A DNA stretch of 64,000 bases from Bacteroidota bacterium (GCA_002862745.1 PKDX01000026.1:7947-71946); one strand, 5' to 3'. Shown: positions 47,410-60,874, numbered from the stretch's first letter. The notes: a model not told the origin generated them from the sequence alone. Made by a program: numbers and translations.

Positions 47410-47526
47410 ATGAAAGTTAGAGCATCAGTAAAAAAACGAACAGCAGACTGCAAGGTCGTTCGAAGAAAAGGTAAGGTTTACATTATCAATAAGAAAAACC
47501 CAAAGTTTAAACAGCGTCAAGGATAA
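47410..47526 (+). CDS. rpmJ: 50S ribosomal protein L36 (absent from ORF track)
   Basis: Translated by hand: [38 protein letters not shown]. Confidence 0.98.
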   Translation: MKVRASVKKRTADCKVVRRKGKVYIINKKNPKFKQRQG

Positions 47527-47529
47527 AAT

Positions 47530-47907
47530 ATGGCACGTATTGCAGGAAACGATTTACCAAAGAATAAGAGAGGCATTATAGCCTTGACTTATGTGTATGG
47601 TGTTGGTCTTACGACTAGCGGAAAAATTCTCGATGATCTTAAAATTGATCGGGACAAGAAAGTTAAGGATTGGTCGGATGATGAAATCACACAGATCAAT
47701 AAGTACATCGCAGAAAATCTAACCGTCGAGGGAGAGCTTCGTACGGAGGTCCAGATGAGTATTAAGCGTTTGATGGACATTGTTTCCTACAGAGGCCTAC
47801 GTCACCGTAAAGGACTTCCATTGCGTGGACAGCGTACCAAAAACAATTCAAGAACTCGTAAAGGTCGTAGAAAGACTGTAGCGAATAAGAAAAAGGTAAC
47901 TAAATAA
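47530..47907 (+). CDS. rpsM: 30S ribosomal protein S13
   Basis: MARIAG and [16 protein letters not shown]. Confidence 0.99.
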   Translation: MARIAGNDLPKNKRGIIALTYVYGVGLTTSGKILDDLKIDRDKKVKDWSDDEITQINKYIAENLTVEGELRTEVQMSIKRLMDIVSYRGLRHRKGLPLRGQRTKNNSRTRKGRRKTVANKKKVTK

Positions 47908-47914
47908 ATAACTG

Positions 47915-48313
47915 ATGGCAAAGTCTAATTCAGGAAAGCGCGGACAAAAAAAGCGCAATGTTCAAGTTGATGTTGAGGGATGTGTATACATCACGGCATC
48001 GTTCAACAACATTATTGTAACCTTCACGAATACTCGTGGCCAGGTTATCTCATGGGGTTCTGCCGGTAAAGCAGGTTTCCGTGGGTCAAAAAAGAATACT
48101 CCGTATGCAGCGCAAGTTGCAACAGAGGATGCTGGAAAAGTTGCTTACGATGCAGGAATGCGTCGTGCAGCAGTCTACGTCAAAGGACCAGGTTCAGGAC
48201 GAGAAAGTGCAATACGCACCGTCGGAGCTTGTGGTATTGATGTAACGGTGATCAATGATATCACTCCAGTTCCCCACAACGGTTGTCGTCCACCTAAACG
48301 ACGTCGCGTCTAA
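47915..48313 (+). CDS. rpsK: 30S ribosomal protein S11
   Basis: [14 protein letters not shown] and [13 protein letters not shown]. Confidence 0.99.
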   Translation: MAKSNSGKRGQKKRNVQVDVEGCVYITASFNNIIVTFTNTRGQVISWGSAGKAGFRGSKKNTPYAAQVATEDAGKVAYDAGMRRAAVYVKGPGSGRESAIRTVGACGIDVTVINDITPVPHNGCRPPKRRRV

Positions 48314-48332
48314 CATAATAATCTAGAATAAG

Positions 48333-48938
48333 ATGGCAAGATATAGAGGTCCAAAGACAAAAATTGCTCGCAAATTCGGCGAAGCTATTTATGGAGAAGA
48401 CAAGTCTTTCGAGCGCAGGAAATATCCTCCTGGGCAACATGGTAATTCTCGACGTCGCAAGTCGGTTTCAGAGTATGCTATTCAGTTAAAGGAAAAGCAG
48501 AAAGCAAAATATACTTACGGAGTATTGGAGCGTCAGTTCCGTAAAACATTTGAAAAGGCGAGCCGGAAAGAAGGGATTACAGGTACGAACTTGCTCCAAC
48601 TGTTGGAGAGCCGTTTAGATAACGTGGTATACAGATTCGGTCTGGCAAATTCAAGAAGACAGTCACGTCAGTTGGTTAGTCACCGTCACATTATGGTAAA
48701 CGGAGACGTGGTAAATATTCCTTCGTACACTGTACGTCCAGGTGATGTGGTTTCTGTCCGTGAGCGTTCACGAACTCTCCTTGTTATCGAGGAGAACTTA
48801 GGACGTTCCACAACCCTCTTGGAATGGTTGAGATTTGATTCAAGTCAATTCCAGGGTGAGATCATCTCCATGCCCGAACGTGAGCAAATTCCAGAAAATA
48901 TCAATGAGCAGTTAATCGTCGAATTGTATTCGAAGTAA
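48333..48938 (+). CDS. rpsD: 30S ribosomal protein S4
   Basis: [17 protein letters not shown] and IVELYSK. Confidence 0.99.
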   Translation: MARYRGPKTKIARKFGEAIYGEDKSFERRKYPPGQHGNSRRRKSVSEYAIQLKEKQKAKYTYGVLERQFRKTFEKASRKEGITGTNLLQLLESRLDNVVYRFGLANSRRQSRQLVSHRHIMVNGDVVNIPSYTVRPGDVVSVRERSRTLLVIEENLGRSTTLLEWLRFDSSQFQGEIISMPEREQIPENINEQLIVELYSK

Positions 48939-48971
48939 ACGAGCTTTTAAAAAAAATAATTACAGCGCAAT

Positions 48972-49964
48972 ATGAGTTTCTTATCCTTCATTAAACCCGA
49001 AAAAATAATCCTTCAAAAGTCAAGTGACAACCACGGACTTTTTGAATTTAAACCGCTTGAGCCTGGATTTGGTGTGACAGTGGGTAATGCTCTTCGTAGA
49101 GTACTTTTGTCATCTCTTGAGGGACATGCTATCGCTGCTATCAAAATCAGCGGTGTGGATCATGAATTCTCAACGATTGATGGAATCATTGAGGACGTTA
49201 CTGAAATCATCCTAAACCTCAAGCAGGTTCGACTTAAAAAGTTGATTGATGATAACAGTCCTGCCGATAAGATTTACTTAAGCATTTCAGGAAAAGAAGC
49301 ATTCAATGCAGGAATGATTGAACGTCACACGAATGTATTTAAAGTAGTGAATCCAGATCAGCACATCTGCTCGATGGACCCTTCGGTAACATTAGAAATT
49401 GAAATGATTATCGCTCGTGGTCGTGGGTATACAATCTCAGAAGATCAAAATCTTGGGGAGTTGGCATTAGGCTTTATCACCGTAGATTCAATTTTTACCC
49501 CTATTCGAAACGTACGCTATTCAATCAATAATGTTCGTGTTGAGCAACGTACAGATTTCGAAGCACTGGAATTAGAAGTTGTTACGGATGGTACAATTCA
49601 TCCTGAGGACGCGGTAAAGCAAGGTGCGCGAATTCTGATTCAACATTTATTACTTATCTCTGATGAGAACTTCTCATTTGGTGTTGCTGAAAAGCGCGAG
49701 GATGAGTTTGTTGATGAACACGTATTGCAAATGCGTAAGTTGCTCAAGACAAATCTTGAAGATCTGGACCTTTCAGTTAGAGCATACAACTGCTTAAAGG
49801 CTGCTAAGATTAACACCTTAGAAGAGTTGGTGCATTACAATACTAATGAGTTATTGAAATTCAGAAACTTCGGACGTAAATCCCTTGTAGAAATTGAGGC
49901 CTTACTCGTAGAACAAGGATTATCATTCGGCATGGATATTTCAAAATATCAAATAGAAGACTAA
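48972..49964 (+). CDS. rpoA: RNA polymerase alpha subunit
   Basis: PLEPGFGVTVGNALRRVLLSS, LSVRAYNCL and NFGRKSL. Confidence 0.99.
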   Translation: MSFLSFIKPEKIILQKSSDNHGLFEFKPLEPGFGVTVGNALRRVLLSSLEGHAIAAIKISGVDHEFSTIDGIIEDVTEIILNLKQVRLKKLIDDNSPADKIYLSISGKEAFNAGMIERHTNVFKVVNPDQHICSMDPSVTLEIEMIIARGRGYTISEDQNLGELALGFITVDSIFTPIRNVRYSINNVRVEQRTDFEALELEVVTDGTIHPEDAVKQGARILIQHLLLISDENFSFGVAEKREDEFVDEHVLQMRKLLKTNLEDLDLSVRAYNCLKAAKINTLEELVHYNTNELLKFRNFGRKSLVEIEALLVEQGLSFGMDISKYQIED

Positions 49965-49995
49965 TAGGGGATAGATACCTAGAGAATTGTAGATT

Positions 49996-50733
49996 ATGAG
50001 ACACGGAAAAAAAGTAAACCACCTTAGTCGAACGGCTTCTCATCGCAAAGCGATGCTCGCCAATATGGCTTCTTCGCTTGTAAAACACAAGCGAATAACG
50101 ACTACAGTAGCTAAGGCCAAGGCGCTTCGCGTTTATCTCGAGCCAATGGTAACTAAGGCAAAAGTTAACAGCACACATAACCGTCGTGTAGTCTTTTCTT
50201 ACCTAAAGGATAAGGAAGCTATTAAGGAGTTGTTTGATGTTATCTCCGCTAAAGTTCAAGATCGTCCAGGTGGGTATTTACGCATTGTGAAGTTACCGTT
50301 CAGACCATCTGATGGAGCGGAAATGGCGATGGTTGAGTTTGTTGATTTCAATGAGATTTATTCGAATGCGAAAGAGGGTAAAGCCGATAAGTCTAAAACT
50401 CGTCGTTCGCGTAAGAGAAAGAGTAGCGGGAGTGCTGCAAAAGAAACAGCTCCTGTAGCTGAGGCACCTGCTGCTGAAGAGGCACCTGCTGTTGAAGAAG
50501 CACCAGTTGTTGAAGAAGCACCTGCTGTTGAAGAAGCACCAGTTGTTGAAGAGGCACCTGCTGAGGAGGAAGCTCCAGCAGCTGAAGAGGCACCAGTTGT
50601 TGAAGAGGCACCTGCTGAGGAGGAAGCTCCAGCAGCTGAAGAGGCACCAGTTGTTGAAGAGGCACCTGCTGAGGAGGAAGCTCCAGCTGAGGAAGAGTCT
50701 TCAGAAGAAGCACCTGAAGAGGATAAGGAGTAA
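49996..50733 (+). CDS. rplQ: 50S ribosomal protein L17 with long acidic repeat tail
   Basis: MRHGK...ITTTVAKAK...RPGGYLRI core, then a basic patch and EEAPxx repeats. Confidence 0.98.
   Translation: MRHGKKVNHLSRTASHRKAMLANMASSLVKHKRITTTVAKAKALRVYLEPMVTKAKVNSTHNRRVVFSYLKDKEAIKELFDVISAKVQDRPGGYLRIVKLPFRPSDGAEMAMVEFVDFNEIYSNAKEGKADKSKTRRSRKRKSSGSAAKETAPVAEAPAAEEAPAVEEAPVVEEAPAVEEAPVVEEAPAEEEAPAAEEAPVVEEAPAEEEAPAAEEAPVVEEAPAEEEAPAEEESSEEAPEEDKE
50476..50691 (+). repeat. Coding tandem repeat, 12 x 18 bp, with an exact 54-bp higher-order duplication
   Basis: Units GA[AG]GA[AG]GC[AT]CC[AT]NNNNNN; 50548-50601 is identical to 50602-50655. Confidence 0.95.
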
Positions 50734-50761
50734 AATCCTTCAATATTCTTTTATCATACAG

Positions 50762-50789
50762 AAAGGAATGGTTCTGCCATCCCTTTTTT
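50762..50789 (+). terminator. Terminator of the alpha operon
   Basis: AAAGGAATGG-TTCTG-CCATCCCTTT followed by a T run. Confidence 0.6.
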
Positions 50790-50816
50790 ATGCCCTTGTA
50801 TCTGCTAAAGGAAATG

Positions 50817-52496
50817 CTAGAATTGTTCGAATAGGGGAGACAGAAGCACCCACAACGTACCTTGGTCTGCGTTTGTTTTATCTCTGTTGATTGTCCACTT
50901 CATTGCGGCGGTTGCCTGCGCTTTTGTTGGATTCATAAGTAGTTCGAGTTGCAAGTTCCCGAGAAGTTGGTCAAAGGATTCTATATTGCTAAAATCTTCT
51001 GAAAAGCCAACGCTTTTTGCTAGAGTAATTACGTCTATCTCGCCATACCCTATTCTATCCTCCTTGGAGGTATAGTCGAATTTAGGCCATTGTCCTTGTT
51101 TAATTCGTTCTATATCCCCTGCATGTTCCCCAATTACTAAGTAAATGCCATCATTGGCATAATCGATGGTAGTCGCCTCGGGAGGTAAAATTCCAAATAG
51201 AGTCATAAAAGATAGCATACCGTCTAGCTTTTGTTGTAGACCTTCAGAAAGTACTGTATCCATTCCAAGGAAGAGGCTAAGGTGCATTCCTTTTACTGAA
51301 TCTCGCTGGTAACTAAAGGAATACTCACCAGATAAATCGCCATAGAACTGGATAATATTTTCGCGAGGAAAGTCAAACATTGTCGCCATGGGATCGTTGC
51401 TTGGAGCCTCTTGAATATTCTCTTGTAGGGCATACAAGGAATTAAAATAGTCATATTCTTTATCCAAAACCTCTATAAAATCTAGGCATGTGTAACCAAA
51501 ACCAAAGAGCAGCTCGTTATCCGTTGGGCTTACTTTCCTAAGGGGCATATTGGGAGTTTCTTTCTCATCACAGGATTGGTATAGGATCTGTGCAAGCTTG
51601 GTTGTGGGATCCATCGCAACCTCCATTGCAAGGTGCACATTGTTATTCTCAACGTTAATTGAATAGAGCTGATAATCATAAGCTTCGGTGAGGTCAATCA
51701 ACAAACGTTCAAGTCCATTGGTGATTTCAACATTAGGCGCACTCTTCGCAGCCAGTGGTATTGCGCGAACCAAGCTCTTTGAAAGGCTGCTAGGCATGTC
51801 AATCAGAATACTCGCATCATGGTTCAATAGTTCTTTATGATGCGCAAAGTTTCCAATATTTTCCTTGTGTGGCTTACCCAATCGAGTCGCTGAATTGTTC
51901 GAAAACAAAAGAATGGTGTCGCACCAACCGATAGTTATATCCTCGATGGTATGTGTTTTGAAGCCGTATTGGTTTATAGGAGTAGACGAAGCATCTTCAA
52001 GGATATCTTCTGCCTCCAAGGCGTCAATAAGTAATGGTGCACTTGTCGAGACTATGGCCATATCAAAAGAAAGGAGTTCCTGCCATTCTTCAGCAAAAGT
52101 CCTTTCGCTTTGTAAGCCATTATACAACTGCATCAGATTTGTTGTTATTCCTACAGAACCCATGATTTTCCCATCTTGAATTCCCTGCGAAAAAAAGTGG
52201 TCAATCAATGGTTGGATCACAGAATCATTTGAATTCATATAAAGCAACTCTTGGATAAGAGCTAGTTCTTGCCATTGACTCGGTTTATCGAGATCCATGG
52301 CATCCGAGAGGGATTGTATATCCGTATAGAAATAAGCTAATGCATTTTTTGCTGGAATAAGCTGATTGGCATTCTGAATACTAGATTGAGAATTACTAAC
52401 CTTCTCGTTTTCTGATTTGTCATCTTTACAACCTGGGATAACAACCAACAAAAGTAGGGTAGCAGCAATGAGATGCTTAATATAGTTATGTCTCAT
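50817..52496 (-). CDS. Hypothetical lipoprotein (paralog A)
   Basis: Signal with VIPGC lipobox followed by KDDKSENE; 559-aa ORF; no recognised catalytic motif. Confidence 0.75.
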   Translation of the reverse strand: MRHNYIKHLIAATLLLLVVIPGCKDDKSENEKVSNSQSSIQNANQLIPAKNALAYFYTDIQSLSDAMDLDKPSQWQELALIQELLYMNSNDSVIQPLIDHFFSQGIQDGKIMGSVGITTNLMQLYNGLQSERTFAEEWQELLSFDMAIVSTSAPLLIDALEAEDILEDASSTPINQYGFKTHTIEDITIGWCDTILLFSNNSATRLGKPHKENIGNFAHHKELLNHDASILIDMPSSLSKSLVRAIPLAAKSAPNVEITNGLERLLIDLTEAYDYQLYSINVENNNVHLAMEVAMDPTTKLAQILYQSCDEKETPNMPLRKVSPTDNELLFGFGYTCLDFIEVLDKEYDYFNSLYALQENIQEAPSNDPMATMFDFPRENIIQFYGDLSGEYSFSYQRDSVKGMHLSLFLGMDTVLSEGLQQKLDGMLSFMTLFGILPPEATTIDYANDGIYLVIGEHAGDIERIKQGQWPKFDYTSKEDRIGYGEIDVITLAKSVGFSEDFSNIESFDQLLGNLQLELLMNPTKAQATAAMKWTINRDKTNADQGTLWVLLSPLFEQF

Positions 52497-52549
52497 AGGT
52501 AATGATTAGAAAGAGTAAATATATTCGATAAAAAACAGATCACTAGGGC

Positions 52550-54124
52550 TTACTGTCTAGGAGTATTCGTTAAGGTGATTTCGAGTGATGAAACGGGATT
52601 GCAACCGATGCTTATCGTGTAATTCCCTTCTGTAAAACGCTCTAAGATTTCAGTCAAAAAGGGATTTTCTCGCAACACATTAAACGCTGGAATGAACTCT
52701 TGATATGGCTCAATAAGTTCATATGAAGCATAAAGGCTCGTATTGTACTGCAAAACAGTGCTAGAGAGGGTTACCTCATTCGATTTAGCAATGCGCTGCA
52801 AATCATCAGAAGAAAAACCATAGCCAACTACTAACCCCCGAGTGCTGATATAGATTCCTCGATCATCAGGAATCCATGAAGATGGTATTTTTTCAATCCA
52901 AGGCTGAAGGCTGGACATTCCCCTTGTACTGCCGTGGATCAATATGGCTATACTCGGTGGCTCATCGGCATGGCCATACAAACCAAAGCTAATTTGACCG
53001 CTAGGGTTAAATCGTTTGATAACCTCGACATCAATTCGTTCAGTGATAGCCTCCTCTACTTTTTGTAAAATGCCAAACGGATCCAATTTTTTCAACTCAT
53101 CAAGCTTTGATTCTCCAATAAGTCGTTCAATCATCTCAGTGAGATCTATCTCATTAAGCATAGCATCAATGACCTCACGCTCAAGGGTGAGGCTGCCATA
53201 ACCATTCGCATTTGAGTTAACAACAAGTCTTACATCTTGAGTAGTTGGCGGTGTGGTATTTGCCGGACACGACTGAAAACTTCTCGTGAAAAAATCTGCA
53301 TGCAGTGTGGTGGTTTGTTGCACGCTATTTCCACTTAAAATACCATGATGAATGGCAAGGCTTTGCTGTAGAAGATTCTCCAGATAGAGTTGGACTTCAC
53401 TCGGCAAAGTTGAAGGGAGATTTTTCAAGTCAAACGCTCCAATCTTGCGAAAAGCCTGAACATTTATGTATCCTGCATACGGTTCTGAAGGTAAAGATTC
53501 ATACAAGGGATGACTGGTGAATGTTGGCTTATCATGTTTTTCAAATTTCTTGTAGACCTCATCAATGGTATGTGTACTCTTCTGAGCTATAAGAACAAGA
53601 TTTTTGGACCAAGCAATATGATAGGGGATACTCTCATTTTCTAAAGAGCGCAGACCACCCTTTCTGCGTGTTTTTGTATCCCGATTAAACTTGCTGAGCC
53701 TCAAAGCCTTGCACAGTTCGGGGGACTCTATGATTACATAAGGACTTAATGAGGTCTTTAGATCATTGGTATTGGATAAGTTATCTTGAAAGATATAGAT
53801 CGTTAGATCTTCATCCATTATGGTCGTTATGTTTTTAAGGAGGATTTTTTGTATTAAAGGTTTGTTGGATAAATCAAACTCTTCTTTAAGGATTTCTAGG
53901 GTTTTTTCTGGTGTTATATCCAACTGCTTTGCCGCATCATTCCCACTGATTTTAAATGCATATGCAGCGCTTGAATCAATAAAGTTGAAGGGCTCCTCCT
54001 GAATATCAGATCGCTTGATGGTAGAAATATCGTTTGACGAATTGGTAGCTCCATTTGGACTAGATGATTTGCACTGCACATTGATCATAAGAAGTGCGGT
54101 AATATATAGGAAGACTTTTCTCAT
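52550..54124 (-). CDS. Hypothetical lipoprotein (paralog B)
   Basis: Start moved to ATG 54124 (MRKVFLYITALLMINVQC-KSSS), which removes the overlap with carA. Confidence 0.7.
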   Translation of the reverse strand: MRKVFLYITALLMINVQCKSSSPNGATNSSNDISTIKRSDIQEEPFNFIDSSAAYAFKISGNDAAKQLDITPEKTLEILKEEFDLSNKPLIQKILLKNITTIMDEDLTIYIFQDNLSNTNDLKTSLSPYVIIESPELCKALRLSKFNRDTKTRRKGGLRSLENESIPYHIAWSKNLVLIAQKSTHTIDEVYKKFEKHDKPTFTSHPLYESLPSEPYAGYINVQAFRKIGAFDLKNLPSTLPSEVQLYLENLLQQSLAIHHGILSGNSVQQTTTLHADFFTRSFQSCPANTTPPTTQDVRLVVNSNANGYGSLTLEREVIDAMLNEIDLTEMIERLIGESKLDELKKLDPFGILQKVEEAITERIDVEVIKRFNPSGQISFGLYGHADEPPSIAILIHGSTRGMSSLQPWIEKIPSSWIPDDRGIYISTRGLVVGYGFSSDDLQRIAKSNEVTLSSTVLQYNTSLYASYELIEPYQEFIPAFNVLRENPFLTEILERFTEGNYTISIGCNPVSSLEITLTNTPRQ

Positions 54125-54203
54125 TGTGCTTGCATAATACATAGAATACATTGTTAATAACGCCAATTCATAAACTTTAGTAAGCCTTACTTTTACATCG
54201 TTT

Positions 54204-56572
<2,369 letters not shown>

Positions 56573-56643
56573 GTTGAATTAGTCACAGGATAATACACAT
56601 CCTTTCTGTTTGTAGTTGGTGTACTTTGGAGACTTGGAATGCA

Positions 56644-56651
56644 TACCTTTG
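56644..56651 (+). promoter_or_regulatory. -7 promoter element 4 nt before the ftsB-like ATG
   Basis: TACCTTTG-AAGT-ATG. Confidence 0.55.
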
Positions 56652-56655
56652 AAGT

Positions 56656-56940
56656 ATGCGTAAGCGAATTCTTGCCATCTTGTTGAATCCCTATGTACTA
56701 TCCATAATCATTTTTTTGGTATGGATGACCTTTTTTGATCGCTATAGTTATATGAATTTGCGAGAGATTCGGGCACAAGTTGCTCAGTCAAAAGAGGAGC
56801 TTCAGTGGTACACTGAGCAGATCGAAGAGGTTCGAAAGGATCGCGAGCAGTTAAATTCAAGTTTAGAGCAAAAAGAGCGATTTGCTCGGGAACATTTTCA
56901 TATGAAGGCTGAGCACGAAATCGTTTTTCTAACGGATTAA
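56656..56940 (+). CDS. Septum formation initiator (FtsB/DivIC family)
   Basis: Single TM ending WMTFFD, a coiled coil, and ERFARE..HMK..E.VF. Confidence 0.88.
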   Translation: MRKRILAILLNPYVLSIIIFLVWMTFFDRYSYMNLREIRAQVAQSKEELQWYTEQIEEVRKDREQLNSSLEQKERFAREHFHMKAEHEIVFLTD

Positions 56941-56952
56941 TACCATAGTATC

Positions 56953-57399
56953 ATGTCAATATCATCCCAAATACAAGAAAAGCTTAAGGAGGCAATGAAA
57001 GCGAAGGCTAAGGCTCGATTAACAGCGCTAAGGGGCATAAAATCTGCGCTCCAGCTCGCCACATTGGATAAAAATGATGGGGATTTAGCCCTTTCGGAAG
57101 AGTTAAAAGTGTTGCAGAAATTGGCAAAACAACGAGTAGATTCCATGGCAATCTATAAAGAACAGGGACGTGATGATCTTTTCGAAATTGAAGCAGGTGA
57201 GCTTGATGTTATTCAAGAGTTTTTGCCGGAACCAATGGATGAAGCTGAACTAAAGGATCTTGTCGCAAAGGTTGTTTCTTCTGAAGGAGCTAATTCTTTA
57301 AAGGACATGGGAAGGGTTATTAAAGAGGTCACTAAGCAGGCTGAAGGTCGTGCCGATGGTAAGCGTATTGCCCAGGAAGTAAAATCTCAATTGCAGTGA
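56953..57399 (+). CDS. GatB/YqeY domain protein
   Basis: LKEAMKAK..RLTALR.IK, FLPEPM, DMGRV and GRADGK. Confidence 0.92.
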   Translation: MSISSQIQEKLKEAMKAKAKARLTALRGIKSALQLATLDKNDGDLALSEELKVLQKLAKQRVDSMAIYKEQGRDDLFEIEAGELDVIQEFLPEPMDEAELKDLVAKVVSSEGANSLKDMGRVIKEVTKQAEGRADGKRIAQEVKSQLQ

Positions 57400-57926
57400 T
57401 TTTAGATCTTATCGTTTTAGGTGTCCTTTCCCTATTTGCTCTTTATGGATTTAAAAAGGGATTAGCATTCGCCATAGGTTTTGGTGTCGCATTGTTCTTG
57501 GCATTTACGATGACTTCGTCTATTGTTTTATTATTGATGGATAAAGTCATCCGTCCTTTGGGAATTGATGGCTATGTAATTCCATCTATTTTGGTGTTAG
57601 GGTTAGATATACTGGTGTTTTATGGCCTCGTCAGCTACTTGCCCAATCTACTTTCTAAAGTGATCAGAGTGGCTACCCTAGGTATTGGAAATCGAATCTT
57701 GGGTATACTTGTCTTTACTCTATTTGGTGCGTTGAGCTTAGCTTCTCTTTATGTTATCGTCAATGAACTAGGGGCTATACCGCCTTCGTTTACGGAGGAT
57801 TCTTTGACACAGGGATATCTAGACACATTGTCTAAGCCAATCTATGCATTGTTTGAGAAGGTAATGCCGGAAAGTATTGATTATCTTGAAGATCTGACCA
57901 AGGAATACAGCATGTATGGCGGATAA
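57396..57926 (+). CDS. CvpA family membrane protein
   Basis: ILDLI...YGFKKG and LGIGNRILG; follows yqeY. Confidence 0.8.
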   Translation: MILDLIVLGVLSLFALYGFKKGLAFAIGFGVALFLAFTMTSSIVLLLMDKVIRPLGIDGYVIPSILVLGLDILVFYGLVSYLPNLLSKVIRVATLGIGNRILGILVFTLFGALSLASLYVIVNELGAIPPSFTEDSLTQGYLDTLSKPIYALFEKVMPESIDYLEDLTKEYSMYGG

Positions 57927-58500
57927 AAATTCTTTAGTATTAGTTATTGATAACTATGATTCCTTCACCTATAATCTTGTCGATTTAGTCCACCAATTTG
58001 GTCGAAAGACTATTGTTCTTCGGAATGATGATCCTAGAATTGATGATGTAGGTGAGGAGGCAGATATTGTGGTATTGTCCCCAGGTCCAGGAAATCCTGA
58101 ACACTTTCCCGATCTGTCCAGACAACTTGATTCCTGGGTGAATGATAAGGCAATATTGGGAATATGTTTCGGGCATCAATTGATTAACTACTACTATAAG
58201 GGCAAGATACAGTTAGCCGATCAAGTATGTTTCGGACACACGAGCAAAATTGAATGTCAAGAGCATTGGATGTTTCAAGGGCTTCCCAAGTATTTTGATG
58301 TTATGCGTTATCATGCCCTTGTTGCTAACAAGGTCTCCAAGCCCTTGGAAGTTATCGCTGAAACCTCAAAGGGAGAAGTCATGGCACTAGCCCATAATTC
58401 AAAGCCCATAGTAGGCCTTCAGTTTCATCCTGAATCCATTTTAACCGATGTGGGCTATACCTTGCTGGGCAACTTCTTTACCCACGTAGAAAAGCTCTAG
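57916..58500 (+). CDS. Anthranilate/aminodeoxychorismate synthase glutamine amidotransferase subunit (TrpG/PabA)
   Basis: IDNYDSFTYNL, SPGPG, GICFGHQ, MRYH and QFHPES motifs. Confidence 0.93.
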   Translation: MADKNSLVLVIDNYDSFTYNLVDLVHQFGRKTIVLRNDDPRIDDVGEEADIVVLSPGPGNPEHFPDLSRQLDSWVNDKAILGICFGHQLINYYYKGKIQLADQVCFGHTSKIECQEHWMFQGLPKYFDVMRYHALVANKVSKPLEVIAETSKGEVMALAHNSKPIVGLQFHPESILTDVGYTLLGNFFTHVEKL

Positions 58501-58510
58501 GGGCTTTTTT
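58490..58510. terminator. Small hairpin at convergent stop codons
   Basis: AAAAGCTC-TAG-GGGCTTTT(TT). Confidence 0.4.
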
Positions 58511-60770
58511 ATTGGTTAGCTCTGATTTCGTTTAGCGCACTTCCTGCCTTAAACCACTGAATTTGTGCCTCATTGTAGGTGTGGTGCACAGGGAATACAT
58601 CTTTGCTTCCATCACTGTGCAATGCCTCTAGCATGAGCGGTTGTCCAGGGGTGAAATCGGCAAGGCCTAGGATGCTTATGCGATCATCTTCTTGAATCAA
58701 GTCATAATCTGACGGATTGACGAAGGTCAAGGCTAGCATCCCTTGCTTCTTTAGATTGGTTTCATGAATTCTTGCAAATGATTTCACGATTACCGCGCGC
58801 ACACCAAGGTGACGAGGTTCCATGGCAGCATGTTCACGTGATGATCCTTCGCCATAGTTTTCATCTCCAAAGACGACGGAACCGATGCCTGCCGCTTTGT
58901 AGGCTCTCGCTGTAGCAGGAACTTCTCCGTAACTCCCAGTTAACTGATTCTTTACCGTATTGGTCTCTTTGTTGAAGGCATTCACTGCTCCAATCAGACA
59001 GTTGTTTGAAATGTTGTCAAGGTGTCCACGATACTTTAACCAAGGACCGGCCATTGAGATATGGTCTGTTGTACATTTTCCATGCGCTTTGATGAGTACA
59101 GGCATTCCCGTAAGATCTTCGCCATTCCAAGCATGGAAAGGAGTTAACAGTTCAAGTCGATCACTCGACGGATTAACAATGACCTCAATTCCTGAGCCAT
59201 CTTCAGCCGGGGCAACATACCCAGCATCTTCGACATCAAACCCTTTTGCTGGAAGCTCTTCGCCTTTTGGCTCACTAAGCATTACTTCCTCACCTTGTGC
59301 GTTGACTAAGCGGTCAGTGAGGGGATTAAAGGTCAAGCTGCCTGCAATGGCGAGGGCAGTTGTTACTTCCGGAGAGGCCACAAAGGCATGTGTATTGGGA
59401 TTACCATCGGCCCGTTTGGCAAAATTTCGGTTAAACGAGTGTACGATACTATTCTTTTCCTTTCGCTCTGCTCCGGCCCGAGCCCATTGTCCGATACAAG
59501 GTCCACAAGCATTGGCAAAGACTGAAGCTCCTAGTTCGGAGAAGGTGTCAATCAGTCCATCTCGTTCAATCGTATAACGAATCTGCTCTGAACCAGGTGT
59601 GATGGTAAGCTTTGCTTTGGCATCAATACCTTTTGCCGTGGCATCTTTTGCTATAGCTGCTGATCGTGATAAATCCTCATAGGATGAATTAGTACATGAT
59701 CCAATGAGCCCATATTCAAGTTCAGTTGGCCAACCTTCTGCTTCTGCTTTCGCCTTCATTTCAGAGATGGGTGTCGCTAAGTCAGGGGTAAAAGGTCCGT
59801 TGAGATGCGGCTCTAATTCGTCTAAGTTGATTTCAATAACTTGATCAAAGTACCTCTCTGGCTCGGCATATACCTCTGGATCTCCTGTAAGGTGCTCTTT
59901 AACTTCGTTGGCTAACTGAGCCACATCTGCACGTCCTGTTGCTTCTAGATAGCGCGCCATGGACTCGTCGTAGCCAAACGTTGAGGTAGTCGCACCAATT
60001 TCAGCCCCCATGTTGCAAATGGTTCCCTTTCCTGTGCAGCTGAGGTTATTGGCACCTTCTCCAAAGTATTCTACTACTGCCCCTGTTCCCCCTTTTACGG
60101 TTAAGATTCCTGCGACCTTGAGAATAATATCTTTTGGAGAAGCCCATCCATTCAGTCTTCCTGTGAGTTTAATTCCAATAAGTTTAGGCATTAAAAGCTC
60201 CCAAGGCATAGCTGCCATAACGTCAACAGCATCCGCACCACCCACACCAATGGCAATCATTCCCAATCCTCCTGCATTAACAGTATGAGAATCTGTACCA
60301 ATCATCATTCCTCCCGGGAAGGCGTAGTTTTCTAAAACAACCTGGTGAATAATTCCTGCTCCAGGTTTCCAAAAGCCAATGCCATATTTGCGCGAAACAC
60401 TTTCAAGGAAATTGTAAACTTCATTGTTGGTATTTATAGCCTCTTGTAAATCTTTGTCCGCGCCTACTCGCGCTTGTATGAGGTGGTCTAAGTGAACTGT
60501 TGAGGGTACGGCAACCTTTATTTTACCAGCTTGCATAAATTGCAATAGGGCCATTTGGGCGGTAGCATCTTGCATCGCCACACGATCAGGTGCAAAGTCA
60601 ACGTAGGCAGCACCTCGCTTGTATTCTTGGACTCTTGCAGAGGGATGGAGGTGGCTATATAAAATCTTTTCAGTTAATGTTAATGGTCGGTTAAGTGTAG
60701 CTCTCGCTTTCTTAACGGCTTCTGGATAGCGATTGTAAACCGCTTTAATCATGCTAATGTCAAAGGCCAT
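58509..60770 (-). CDS. Aconitate hydratase (mitochondrial-type)
   Basis: [38 protein letters not shown] and GSSREHAA motifs. Confidence 0.97.
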   Translation of the reverse strand: MAFDISMIKAVYNRYPEAVKKARATLNRPLTLTEKILYSHLHPSARVQEYKRGAAYVDFAPDRVAMQDATAQMALLQFMQAGKIKVAVPSTVHLDHLIQARVGADKDLQEAINTNNEVYNFLESVSRKYGIGFWKPGAGIIHQVVLENYAFPGGMMIGTDSHTVNAGGLGMIAIGVGGADAVDVMAAMPWELLMPKLIGIKLTGRLNGWASPKDIILKVAGILTVKGGTGAVVEYFGEGANNLSCTGKGTICNMGAEIGATTSTFGYDESMARYLEATGRADVAQLANEVKEHLTGDPEVYAEPERYFDQVIEINLDELEPHLNGPFTPDLATPISEMKAKAEAEGWPTELEYGLIGSCTNSSYEDLSRSAAIAKDATAKGIDAKAKLTITPGSEQIRYTIERDGLIDTFSELGASVFANACGPCIGQWARAGAERKEKNSIVHSFNRNFAKRADGNPNTHAFVASPEVTTALAIAGSLTFNPLTDRLVNAQGEEVMLSEPKGEELPAKGFDVEDAGYVAPAEDGSGIEVIVNPSSDRLELLTPFHAWNGEDLTGMPVLIKAHGKCTTDHISMAGPWLKYRGHLDNISNNCLIGAVNAFNKETNTVKNQLTGSYGEVPATARAYKAAGIGSVVFGDENYGEGSSREHAAMEPRHLGVRAVIVKSFARIHETNLKKQGMLALTFVNPSDYDLIQEDDRISILGLADFTPGQPLMLEALHSDGSKDVFPVHHTYNEAQIQWFKAGSALNEIRANQ

Positions 60771-60874
60771 CGTCTAATTCTTTGCCATGAAGGTACGGAT
60801 TTCAGGCCTTTATTTTAAACTTTTTAGCACTGATTCAGTGACTGATTTTGTCCGTATAGCGTACTTTGCATCGG

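Noticed and set aside
42210-47526. Zn-ribbon-less S14 and L36 (also S18 at 62589-62855)
   Set aside because: These are normal primary forms in this phylum, not a zinc-starvation paralog set.
50393-50890. Repetitive alternative-frame ORFs and a CRISPR-like look of the rplQ repeat
   Set aside because: The units are contiguous 18-mers without spacers, in frame in rplQ, and there are no cas genes.
58960-59577. 205-aa antisense ORF within aconitase
   Set aside because: Codon-symmetry shadow of a conserved gene.
58509-60770. Mitochondrial-like aconitase as a eukaryote-to-bacterium transfer
   Set aside because: This aconitase type is already known as typical of Bacteroidota.
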